Positions 56,864 to 64,000 of a DNA stretch of 64,000 nt are shown here, in pieces. Under the pieces are notes generated by a model. That model saw only the letters and a list, made by a program, of their open reading frames with translations. It had not been told where the DNA came from and did no database searches. Each line of letters begins with the position of its first letter. The stretch's first letter is position 1. Made by a program: the position numbers and the translations under genes. The DNA is from a virus (lineage: Duplodnaviria > Caudoviricetes): the IMG/VR virus record IMGVR_UViG_3300033475_000011, positions 1-64,000 of that record, one strand, 5' to 3'.

Positions 56864-57706
56864 GCCGGAACCATCAGCGACACCCCAAGGTCGCGACTCC
56901 TCGGAGCTGAGCTGCGCAGACAGCGCATAGATCGCTTCAAGGGGTCCCTGCGAGCCTTCGCTGACGAGATCGGCTACAACCACTCCCTGCTCTCCAAGTG
57001 GGAACGCGGGGAAGTCCTCCCCAGCCTCGAACAGGTCGCCAACATCATCGGCAAGCTCGGGATTGTCGGGGAGGAACGCGACTACATCCTTGAGATGGCG
57101 CGCGCCGCCCGGAACCCCGACTGGCTCACCCCCGGGGTCGACCGGCAAGTCTCAGCTCTCATCGAGTTCGACCGCATCGCAACCCGCATGGTCTCGGTAG
57201 CGCCCCTATTCACTCCGGGGATACTGCACACCGAGGAAGTCGCCCGAGTCGTGCTCGCCAACTCAGGGTTCGACGACGAACAGAACGATCGGATCGTCAC
57301 CACCAGGATGGGCCGCAAGGAAGCCCTCCTCCGAGAGGATCCACTGCGCTACGAGGCCTACCTGGGAATGCGCGCTATCACCAGACCACTCGGTGGCCAA
57401 ACCGTGCATCTGAACCAGCTGCGCTACATCGAGAAAATGTCCGCGCTGGACAATGTCACAGTCCGAGCGATCAACGAGACAGATGACTTCACGCCAGCTG
57501 ACATGGGCGCATTTGTGCTCTACGAACTCCCGGCGGGCGACCCGATTGTGTACTTCGAACACCACCGGTCCTCGATGTTCGCCCCCAAGAAGGACTTGCC
57601 CGCCATGGTGCAGGCTGTGGAGCGAGTCGAGGAGGTTGCGATGAGCCCCGACGCCACTTCGAGGCTCATCGCGGATGTCATCAGAGAGATGGAGACGACA
57701 CAATGA
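56861..57706 (+). CDS. XRE HTH + DUF5753 regulator (WhiJ/Scr1-like)
   Basis: LGAELRRQR, LSKWERGE..P, PG.L.TEE.AR, FVLYE. Confidence 0.9.
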   Translation: MAGTISDTPRSRLLGAELRRQRIDRFKGSLRAFADEIGYNHSLLSKWERGEVLPSLEQVANIIGKLGIVGEERDYILEMARAARNPDWLTPGVDRQVSALIEFDRIATRMVSVAPLFTPGILHTEEVARVVLANSGFDDEQNDRIVTTRMGRKEALLREDPLRYEAYLGMRAITRPLGGQTVHLNQLRYIEKMSALDNVTVRAINETDDFTPADMGAFVLYELPAGDPIVYFEHHRSSMFAPKKDLPAMVQAVERVEEVAMSPDATSRLIADVIREMETTQ

Positions 57707-57915
57707 CGACAGTACCTCCCCCGGGGAAAGATGCGCGGGGATGGCGGAAATCGAGCTTCAGCGGCGAACAGGGCGACTGCGTAGAGGTGCTTGACCTGCC
57801 CGATGGCGGGTTCATGGTGCGAGACAGTAAGGACCTGAACGGGCCGGTTCTGCGATTCACCGCTGGCGAGCGGGCTGCGTTCATCACTGGAGTGAAGGCC
57901 GGCGAGTTCGACTGA
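57703..57915 (+). CDS. DUF397 protein
   Basis: WRKSSFSG..GDCVEV...VRDSKD..GPVL.F....AF..GVKAGEFD. Confidence 0.93.
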   Translation: MTTVPPPGKDARGWRKSSFSGEQGDCVEVLDLPDGGFMVRDSKDLNGPVLRFTAGERAAFITGVKAGEFD

Positions 57916-57962
57916 GACCTGGCGACAGGATGCACCCCCGGGGCTGATGCTCCGGGGGTGTT

Positions 57963-58415
57963 TCAGTTCAGGGCTGCTCCTTGGTTGACCCGCTCGATGA
58001 ACGCGGATGCCTGTTGGAAAAGGTGCCCGGAGACGGTTTTCTGCAGCACGATCCCGGCCGGTCCGGTGATGGTCATGTAGCCGACCCGGTCGTCCAACAC
58101 CTTGTTGCGGCCTTTCTTTGCCCCGAATGCCAGCGGCCCGAGGAGCGCAAACCGGGTGATGGTGTAGCGGCCTGGGTCGCGGTTGATGCTGCCGGTCATC
58201 TGGAAGTCGCCGTGCAGGTAGCCGAGAGGGTAGCCGCGGCGTTGTTGTTTCCCGACGAGGAGTTGGTTTCGGGTGAGTGCCCAGTCGTCGAACCGGTACA
58301 TCACGCCCTGCGCTCGGTCCAGCTTCGCTTGGGTGTTCTGGTTGGTGAGGGAGGCGATGAAGATGGCCACGATGACCACAGCGCCGAGGATGAGGAGGAC
58401 GGCGGTGGGCGACAT
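57963..58415 (-). CDS. membrane-anchored protein (possible superinfection exclusion)
   Basis: N-terminal TM; RYTITRFALLGPLAFGAKK. Confidence 0.65.
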   Translation of the reverse strand: MSPTAVLLILGAVVIVAIFIASLTNQNTQAKLDRAQGVMYRFDDWALTRNQLLVGKQQRRGYPLGYLHGDFQMTGSINRDPGRYTITRFALLGPLAFGAKKGRNKVLDDRVGYMTITGPAGIVLQKTVSGHLFQQASAFIERVNQGAALN

Positions 58416-58613
58416 GGCGGTCTCCTTGTTGTTGGCTTCGCCGGTTCGTCGCCGAGGAGGGTGAGGGTGTTACGAACGGGGCTGCCAGTTCTCCCATTAA
58501 CGTCCCACTTTGGGGCCATATTGGGACCGATCTACACCCACGTAGACCTAAGTTGCATTCGTGAACCCCAACGTAGACCTACGTGCGCCAACGATTCTTT
58601 TCACTAGTGGATG

Positions 58614-58651
58614 AACCGAAGGGTTGTTGGTTCGAGTCCAACCGGGGGAGC
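58614..58651 (+). other. att core: 3' half of a tRNA-Asn(GTT)-like sequence (attP-type)
   Basis: AACCGAAGGGTTGTTGGTTCGAGTCCAACCGGGGGAGC with no 5' half; next to the integrase. Confidence 0.8.
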
Positions 58652-58683
58652 AAAACCCCAGGTCAGAGACCTGGGGTTCTTTC
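58652..58683. terminator. terminator after att core
   Basis: ACCCCAGGTC-AGA-GACCTGGGGT followed by T-rich tail. Confidence 0.75.
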
Positions 58684-58718
58684 ATGTCTCGAACGCGACA
58701 CACCGGTTCTCCCACAAA

Positions 58719-59960
58719 CTACCCACCTTCAGCAGCCCCGGACTCCCCCACCATGCCCTCCAACGCGGACGCCGCCACGTCGTTCGCCGCGAACTTCTTC
58801 CTGTAGTGACGCTCCACCACCGCCACCGTGTTGCCCAACTGGTCGGCGATCATGGTGGTCGGCAACCCGGCCTCCTTCAACACGTCGGTCACCGTCTTGC
58901 GCCACACGTGTGACGTGATGCCCGGGTAGCCGATCTCCACGAACGCCTCCTGCAACCGGTTGATCACAGTCGACGGATCCAGCCACCGGCCCTTGTTTGA
59001 CGGGAAGATCGCCCCACCCCCCGATGCCAGCTTCAGGCGCTGCCACGTCGGAACAGACCACTCCGGCACCCGCAGATCCAGTTCGGGCTCGCCACTCTTC
59101 CGGAGCGGTTCCCGCACGATCCCCTCACCGGTGACCCGAACCAGGTGGTAGCGGACCAGCACCCGCCGGTTCACGGGATCGATGTCGTCGCCGTCGAGGG
59201 CGAGGAGTTCCCCGATGCGCACACCGGTGGAGAGGGCACAGTCATGCACGTCCGGGAGTTTCTTCCACACCCTGGCGCGGCCCCCGAGACTGCGTCCGCG
59301 CTTGTCGTACTGTTTGCGCTCGGCCAGGGCGATGAGCTTGGCCTTCACGTCGGCACGCTCGGTCGCGGTGAGTGCCCGCACCTCCTTCTTCTCCCCCGCA
59401 ACGAGCCGGCCGACCGACTTCACCGGGTTGATCCGCATCGCCTGGTTACGGATCGCATAAGCGCAGATACCGGACAGCACGGCCCGAACCGAGTGGGCTG
59501 AGGAGTAGCTGCGTTCATCCCGCGCGCGCTGGATTAGCCTGTCGAAGCTGCTGGGCATGTGTTCGGCCTCGCGGGCCAGGAGTTCCCCGATGGCGGGTTT
59601 GACCCAGTTCCGCACATAGCCCCCGTACATGCGGACGCTACTTTTGGCCATGCCGCCCTGGTTGGCGACACGGGTAACCTCAGCAAGCCACAGGTCCGCG
59701 ATCGTGGACATCCGGGTGTCGCCGTTGATTGCCCCGGAGGTAGCTTCGTTCGCGAGGATCGTCATGCGATTCTTCAGCGCGTTGACGGCTTTGGTTTTGG
59801 TGGGGCCGGTGCGGCGAACCTCTTTGCGGCTGCCGTCGGCGATCCGCATGTAGGCGCGGGCCTCCCAGCGGGTGTAGGTGGTGCCGTCCCGTTTGTGTCG
59901 GGTTTCGGAGCGGGTGGTGATCTCCCCGTAGCTTCCGATCGGGGTTGGTGGCCTCGCCAT
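58719..59960 (-). CDS. int: tyrosine integrase
   Basis: GVRIGELLAL, SHVWRK, QLGN, RHY; N-terminal arm-binding domain. Confidence 0.93.
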   Translation of the reverse strand: MARPPTPIGSYGEITTRSETRHKRDGTTYTRWEARAYMRIADGSRKEVRRTGPTKTKAVNALKNRMTILANEATSGAINGDTRMSTIADLWLAEVTRVANQGGMAKSSVRMYGGYVRNWVKPAIGELLAREAEHMPSSFDRLIQRARDERSYSSAHSVRAVLSGICAYAIRNQAMRINPVKSVGRLVAGEKKEVRALTATERADVKAKLIALAERKQYDKRGRSLGGRARVWKKLPDVHDCALSTGVRIGELLALDGDDIDPVNRRVLVRYHLVRVTGEGIVREPLRKSGEPELDLRVPEWSVPTWQRLKLASGGGAIFPSNKGRWLDPSTVINRLQEAFVEIGYPGITSHVWRKTVTDVLKEAGLPTTMIADQLGNTVAVVERHYRKKFAANDVAASALEGMVGESGAAEGG

Positions 59961-60349
59961 CAGTCGACAGCCTGCGGCCAGCGGCGCTTCTGTCCCGGTT
60001 CGACTACATCCATGAAGGTCGCGAGGCCGTAGCGTTCCAGAGTTTTGATCATATCGTCTCGTATCTCATCGGAGTGCTTCTCCAGGGCTCGTTCGATGCG
60101 TCTGGAGGTGCGCCTGTGGCTGCCGCGGACGAAGCGGCACACGACGAGTGCGGCCAGGAGGATGACCGCGGACACCCACACAATGATCATGAGGGCGAGC
60201 GTGAAGTTTGAGGCGAGGGGGCGCCAGTCGTTGACCGCCGTGAGCCAGGTGACGAGCCCGGAGAGCAGGGATACGACTGCGGCGAGGACGAACATCTCTC
60301 CAGCAAGACGGTCAGTGAAGGTTGTGTGACGGTGGGTCGTCTTGGACAC
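59960..60349 (-). CDS. two-TM membrane protein in the repressor-int operon
   Basis: Two hydrophobic helices. Confidence 0.65.
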   Translation of the reverse strand: MSKTTHRHTTFTDRLAGEMFVLAAVVSLLSGLVTWLTAVNDWRPLASNFTLALMIIVWVSAVILLAALVVCRFVRGSHRRTSRRIERALEKHSDEIRDDMIKTLERYGLATFMDVVEPGQKRRWPQAVD

Positions 60350-60509
60350 CGGTTTACCCTCCGAAATGGGCGTGTGATGTGTGTCTTACCCGTTTAGGTT
60401 CCCCCCGACTCGCCAGTTTGTTACTACTAGTGACGTTTCGTTCGCCCGTCTGCCGTAGTCGAAATTTCAAGTTGGTCACATCGCGTCATGTTTCGGAGGC
60501 TCGCGAGTC

Positions 60510-60950
60510 CTAGCTCGTTTGGCCATGCTTGCGCTGGTTCTCCTCCATTTTGACCCGCTCAACACCGTTCACCCACGCCGCGACATGATCCATCGACCCG
60601 GTTACCGCATGAATCAGGTCAGCTACCCACAGCATTTCCTCGCGGGTCATGGCCGCGATGTCTTCACGAGTGACAGGCGTTTTCGTCGCTATCCGTAACC
60701 GGGATTCGGGCTTCTTCTCGGGCATCCTCCCCGCGCGGAAGAGGTGATCTGCCGTCCCGGGCTGCCACTTCAGGCCGTCGTCGAGGGCCGCTTTCGTGCC
60801 CGCCCGAATCTGGGTTCGGGTTGCCTTCTCAATGGCCTGCACGGAGTCGAGGGTGATCCCGGCCAGTCTTGCTAGCTCCCTCTGGGAGATGCGGAGCTGG
60901 CCGCGGCGGGCGATGACGGCGTCCGCTAGTGCCTGTGCGTGAGGGGGCAT
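60510..60950 (-). CDS. XRE-family immunity repressor
   Basis: RRGQLRISQRELARLAGITLDSVQAIEK...LDDGLKW.PG. Confidence 0.8.
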   Translation of the reverse strand: MPPHAQALADAVIARRGQLRISQRELARLAGITLDSVQAIEKATRTQIRAGTKAALDDGLKWQPGTADHLFRAGRMPEKKPESRLRIATKTPVTREDIAAMTREEMLWVADLIHAVTGSMDHVAAWVNGVERVKMEENQRKHGQTS

Positions 60951-61090
60951 GCGGGCATGATGGCAGTTTGCTGCTTTCACCGACAGTGAATGACCTGATA
61001 CGTACTGGTTAAACCAGTCTTTGGTAGTGATCAGGCAGCTGCTTTCTGTCCTTGATGACCTGGTTTCTCGACCCCGTTGACCGTTTAGGC

Positions 61091-61119
61091 TTGAAACCAT
61101 GTCAAACCAGGTCTATGGT
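61091..61119 (+). promoter_or_regulatory. early lytic promoter (leaderless)
   Basis: TTGAAA-17bp-TATGGT with ATG 7 nt downstream at 61127. Confidence 0.7.
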
Positions 61120-61126
61120 GACCGGT

Positions 61127-61354
61127 ATGACGGGAACCAACGGAGACCAACGCACCGCCATCGATGGCGACGCCCCGGACCGTCTCGCCTACCGGCTCAA
61201 GGAAGTCGCCACCCTCCTCGGTGTCTCGATCTGGACCGTCCGGACGCTCATCGACAACGGGCAGCTCAAGCACCGCAAAGCGGGCAAATACAACATCGTG
61301 TCCCGCAGCGAGATCGAACGCTACTTGGCCGCGGACGAGAAGCAGTCCGCCTGA
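61127..61354 (+). CDS. excisionase/Cro-like HTH_17 protein
   Basis: AYRLKEVATLLGVSIWTVRTLIDNGQL. Confidence 0.85.
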   Translation: MTGTNGDQRTAIDGDAPDRLAYRLKEVATLLGVSIWTVRTLIDNGQLKHRKAGKYNIVSRSEIERYLAADEKQSA

Positions 61355-61423
61355 CAGAAGAGCGGGCCGAGTGCTGCAACACCCGACCCGCAGAACCCCA
61401 CAACGAGACCTTAGGAGACTCTC

Positions 61424-61765
61424 GTGGAGCAACCCATGCTATCCGACTTCTCATCATTCCACTGGAACGGCGCCGAACTCCACGCCTGGAACCAGGGGGA
61501 CATCGCCGCCCTGGAAGGCGCGGGACGCGGCTCAAACCCCTACAAGTCTGGCCCACTGTTCGACGCGTGGGACCAGGGCTTCCTGGGATTCCCGTTGGCG
61601 TCGCCGGGCCGGCATGACGTGGATGTGATGGACGGCGCGACCCTGCGCACTGTGCCGTCTCTGCGTGCCGAGTTTGGCGCGCATGGCTGGTCGACGGGTC
61701 AGGGTCTGCACCGGAACCGCGAGTGCGACGCCAACACCGGGCAGGAAGCGCAGGTGGCGGCGTGA
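61424..61765 (+). CDS. hypothetical protein
   Basis: AGGAG RBS. Confidence 0.55.
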   Translation: MEQPMLSDFSSFHWNGAELHAWNQGDIAALEGAGRGSNPYKSGPLFDAWDQGFLGFPLASPGRHDVDVMDGATLRTVPSLRAEFGAHGWSTGQGLHRNRECDANTGQEAQVAA

Positions 61766-61962
61766 TCCAGGACGAGGCCGAGCGGATCCGCATCGCTCTC
61801 GCCGATGCCCTCGGCGCCCCCCACACCCTGACCATCGACGAACTCGTCGACTGGGCACGAGAGCTCCGCAGCGAGTTCAGCGCTGTCACTGCCCGCTACG
61901 GAAGGCAGCATCGCCACGTCGTTGACGTGCATCTGCCCGACAACACGGGCGAGGTGGCGTGA
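61762..61962 (+). CDS. hypothetical protein
   Basis: GTGA overlap. Confidence 0.5.
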   Translation: MIQDEAERIRIALADALGAPHTLTIDELVDWARELRSEFSAVTARYGRQHRHVVDVHLPDNTGEVA

Positions 61963-62186
61963 TGAGCAAGGCACGCATCAGCCATGAGGACCTGGAGCTG
62001 GCCGTGAAGGCCCTGGCCGAGGCCCGTGACAAGGAGCTGACTTCCGCGAAGAAATTCCCGCAGTCGGCTTACTGCTGGGAGGCGCGAGCGGAAGGGCTGC
62101 GGCTCGCCATCGCGCTCCTCCACAGACGGAGCCATGGCGCCTACGGCCAGTCCCTCGAAGAGCAGGACGCGGAGGCCGGCAAGTGA
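61959..62186 (+). CDS. hypothetical protein
   Basis: Coupled chain. Confidence 0.5.
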   Translation: MMSKARISHEDLELAVKALAEARDKELTSAKKFPQSAYCWEARAEGLRLAIALLHRRSHGAYGQSLEEQDAEAGK

Positions 62187-62464
62187 TGCCTACTGCTGTC
62201 GAGTCGAAGCCCACCGAGGCGGGCGATGTCATCTCGGACATTTGGGATGGCGCGAAGACCGGTGGAGCACTGTTGGCCGGCGCGTTCGTGGCGGTTGTCT
62301 TCGGACTGAATGCCGTCAACATCGCCGATGGGCTTTTCCCGCATCTGCGGGGCGGGGCACAGTTGACGGTGCAGTCCACTGCCGCCGTGGCGGGGATGCT
62401 CTTCGCAGCTCTTCTGCTGTGGGGTATCTCCCGCCTGGCTCGGGTCCCGGTGGTGCAGCGATGA
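62183..62464 (+). CDS. membrane protein
   Basis: Two TM helices. Confidence 0.55.
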   Translation: MMPTAVESKPTEAGDVISDIWDGAKTGGALLAGAFVAVVFGLNAVNIADGLFPHLRGGAQLTVQSTAAVAGMLFAALLLWGISRLARVPVVQR

Positions 62465-62877
62465 CCACCGTGCAACGCAAACTCCCGTACCGCAGGGTCA
62501 ACAACAGTGAGTCCCGGACCGAGGTAGCCGAGTTTCGCTACAGCAAACAGCTCCCGTTCGAGGTGCATTTGACCTTCCCGGGGGCGATGGTCGGCACGGT
62601 CACGACATGGGTGATGTCGAGGGAACTTCTCATCGAGGGCACCCTTCAGCGCACTGCGGATCCGGATGCCGGTGATGTGCTGGTGCGTGCAGTGGATGAC
62701 CCGCAGGCTGTGGAGATCACGTTACGTCCCCCGGGCTTGATGACTGTGCTGCTGTTCGAGTGGGAACCGTTTACGCAGGCGCTTGCAGAGTCCTGTCGCC
62801 TTGTGGGCTACGGCGAGGAAGCGGCCGTGTTTGACGTGGACATGTGGCTTGCTGGTGAGTTCCCGGGGGTGGCGTGA
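62461..62877 (+). CDS. SsgA-like (SALP) sporulation/cell-division protein
   Basis: AEFRYSKQLPFEVHLTF...TWVMSRELLIEG...GDV.V...EITLR...G.E. Confidence 0.82.
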   Translation: MTTVQRKLPYRRVNNSESRTEVAEFRYSKQLPFEVHLTFPGAMVGTVTTWVMSRELLIEGTLQRTADPDAGDVLVRAVDDPQAVEITLRPPGLMTVLLFEWEPFTQALAESCRLVGYGEEAAVFDVDMWLAGEFPGVA

Positions 62878-63125
62878 TGCGTCCCTTGGTTGTTGTTGTC
62901 GCGGCCTCTGTGGCTGCTGCCGCTGTCGCTGCTGCTGGTGCGCTGTTTCTGCCTGCGGGGCTCGAGGCTGTGCCGGTTGGGTGGCGTGTGGTGCTCATCC
63001 TCATCGCCCTCTACCTCCTGGCACGGGTGGTGTGGATGCTCATCACCGCTGCCCCCTACCTGCCCTTGGCCGTGTTTGAGGCGAACCCGGGCCGGCATCG
63101 GGCGGTGGCGTCATGCCCGCAGTGA
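62874..63125 (+). CDS. membrane protein
   Basis: Hydrophobic. Confidence 0.55.
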   Translation: MMRPLVVVVAASVAAAAVAAAGALFLPAGLEAVPVGWRVVLILIALYLLARVVWMLITAAPYLPLAVFEANPGRHRAVASCPQ

Positions 63126-63334
63126 AGCGCAGGCCGATCACGACCCGGCAGCGGCAAGTCCTCATCCTGCTGTCCGAGGGGCTGTCTTCGGCTGGAATCG
63201 GGCGACGGTTGGGGATCTCGGAGGAGACCGTGGCGATGCACCTTCGTCTGGCTTATGCACGGTTGGGGGCGCGGGGTGGTGCGCATGCGGTGCGGATCTG
63301 TTTCGAGCGCGGGATTTTCGAGGTGACGCGATGA
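63113..63334 (+). CDS. stand-alone LuxR-type HTH regulator
   Basis: ITTRQRQVLILLSEGLSSAGIGRRLGISEETV..HL..AY.RLGA. Confidence 0.88.
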   Translation: MPAVKRRPITTRQRQVLILLSEGLSSAGIGRRLGISEETVAMHLRLAYARLGARGGAHAVRICFERGIFEVTR

Positions 63335-63528
63335 TGCCGCGTCAGTTGCCGGTGCAGGTCGCCACGATCCGCGAGTTCTGCCCCGTGTGCAGCGAGTCGA
63401 AGACTCCTAGCCAGGTGCTGGCAGCGGTGCCCGGTGGTGACGCGTGGGTGCTGGTGCCCTGCCCGCACTGCACCAACCCGTTTCCGCTCCTGGCTGTTGT
63501 GGAGGGGCATCGTGAAAAGGCTTCGTAG
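63331..63528 (+). CDS. small Zn-ribbon protein
   Basis: CPVC...CPHC. Confidence 0.5.
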   Translation: MMPRQLPVQVATIREFCPVCSESKTPSQVLAAVPGGDAWVLVPCPHCTNPFPLLAVVEGHREKAS

Positions 63529-63691
63529 GGCCGCCGTGATTGCTGCAGTGGGCGGGTTCCTCTTCGGCTCCCGTATCGCCGACTGGCTCCGGTGGCTCAC
63601 CGACTCCTACCCGACCGAACAGACAGCTTGGACCGAGGCGGATCAAGACGCCTACGACCAGCACTACCAGAACACGAGGAAGACCAAGTGA
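63512..63691 (+). CDS. small membrane protein
   Basis: GGAGG RBS; TM helix. Confidence 0.5.
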   Translation: MKRLRRAAVIAAVGGFLFGSRIADWLRWLTDSYPTEQTAWTEADQDAYDQHYQNTRKTK

Positions 63692-64000
63692 ACCCGCGTT
63701 ATGACATCAATGGGGTTATGTGGGTCGACGCGGAACCCGTGCGGAAGCATGTCCGTGCACTCATGGCCAGCGGCCTCGGGTGGCAGCGGATAGCGACGAA
63801 GGCCGGTGTCCCTCAATCCACGCTGAGGGCTCTCCTGTACGGCGGCCCGAAACCCCGGCAGTACACGCACATCATGACCGCGAAACGACTGCTCGCCCTG
63901 TCTGTGACTCTCAATGACTTTGCGGGTCGCGCCCAGGTTGATGGGACGATCACGCGTCGGAAACTGGAAGCGTTGATCGCGATCGGCTGGTCGGCACAGA
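63688..64000 (+). CDS. HTH DNA-binding protein (partial, runs off the window)
   Basis: VDAEPVRKHVRALMASGLGWQRIATKAGVPQSTL...TRRKLEALIAIGWS. Confidence 0.7.
   Translation, partial: MNPRYDINGVMWVDAEPVRKHVRALMASGLGWQRIATKAGVPQSTLRALLYGGPKPRQYTHIMTAKRLLALSVTLNDFAGRAQVDGTITRRKLEALIAIGWSAQ

Noticed and set aside
58614-58651. tRNA gene
   Set aside because: Only the anticodon-loop-to-3' half is present and there is no D arm or 5' acceptor strand, so it is treated as an att core.
1-64000. CRISPR array, reverse transcriptase/DGR, IS transposase, plasmid Rep or ParA
   Set aside because: No repeat-spacer array, RT motif, DDE transposase or replication/partition gene was recognised. Replication genes may lie outside the window.

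Overview
The whole window is one high-GC temperate siphovirus-like genome (or tandem prophages) of a filamentous actinomycete. The host inference rests on WhiB, SsgA-like and XRE-DUF5753/DUF397 genes. Layout: early genes with a large serine recombinase (1-4.5 kb); a leftward 10 kb accessory block ending in an AICE/plasmid-type FtsK/TraB transfer module with spread-like genes (4.5-15 kb); small late-early genes; a terminase small subunit separated from the large subunit by about 7 kb containing a glycosyltransferase/methyltransferase cassette; head, tail and lysis genes (27.9-52.6 kb); a Thg1-like guanylyltransferase coupled to a Xer-like recombinase; an XRE/DUF397 pair; an apparently intact attP (3' half of tRNA-Asn) with tyrosine integrase, repressor and excisionase; then early genes again. 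The most unusual observations are a conjugation module with oriented repeats inside a tailed phage, a tRNA 'top-half' minihelix lacking D and anticodon arms, a Thg1-Xer operon, a coiled-coil-less serine recombinase, an in-frame TGA in the glycosyltransferase, and a LexA-box leaderless gene. All family calls come from motif recognition by eye; no database search was run.
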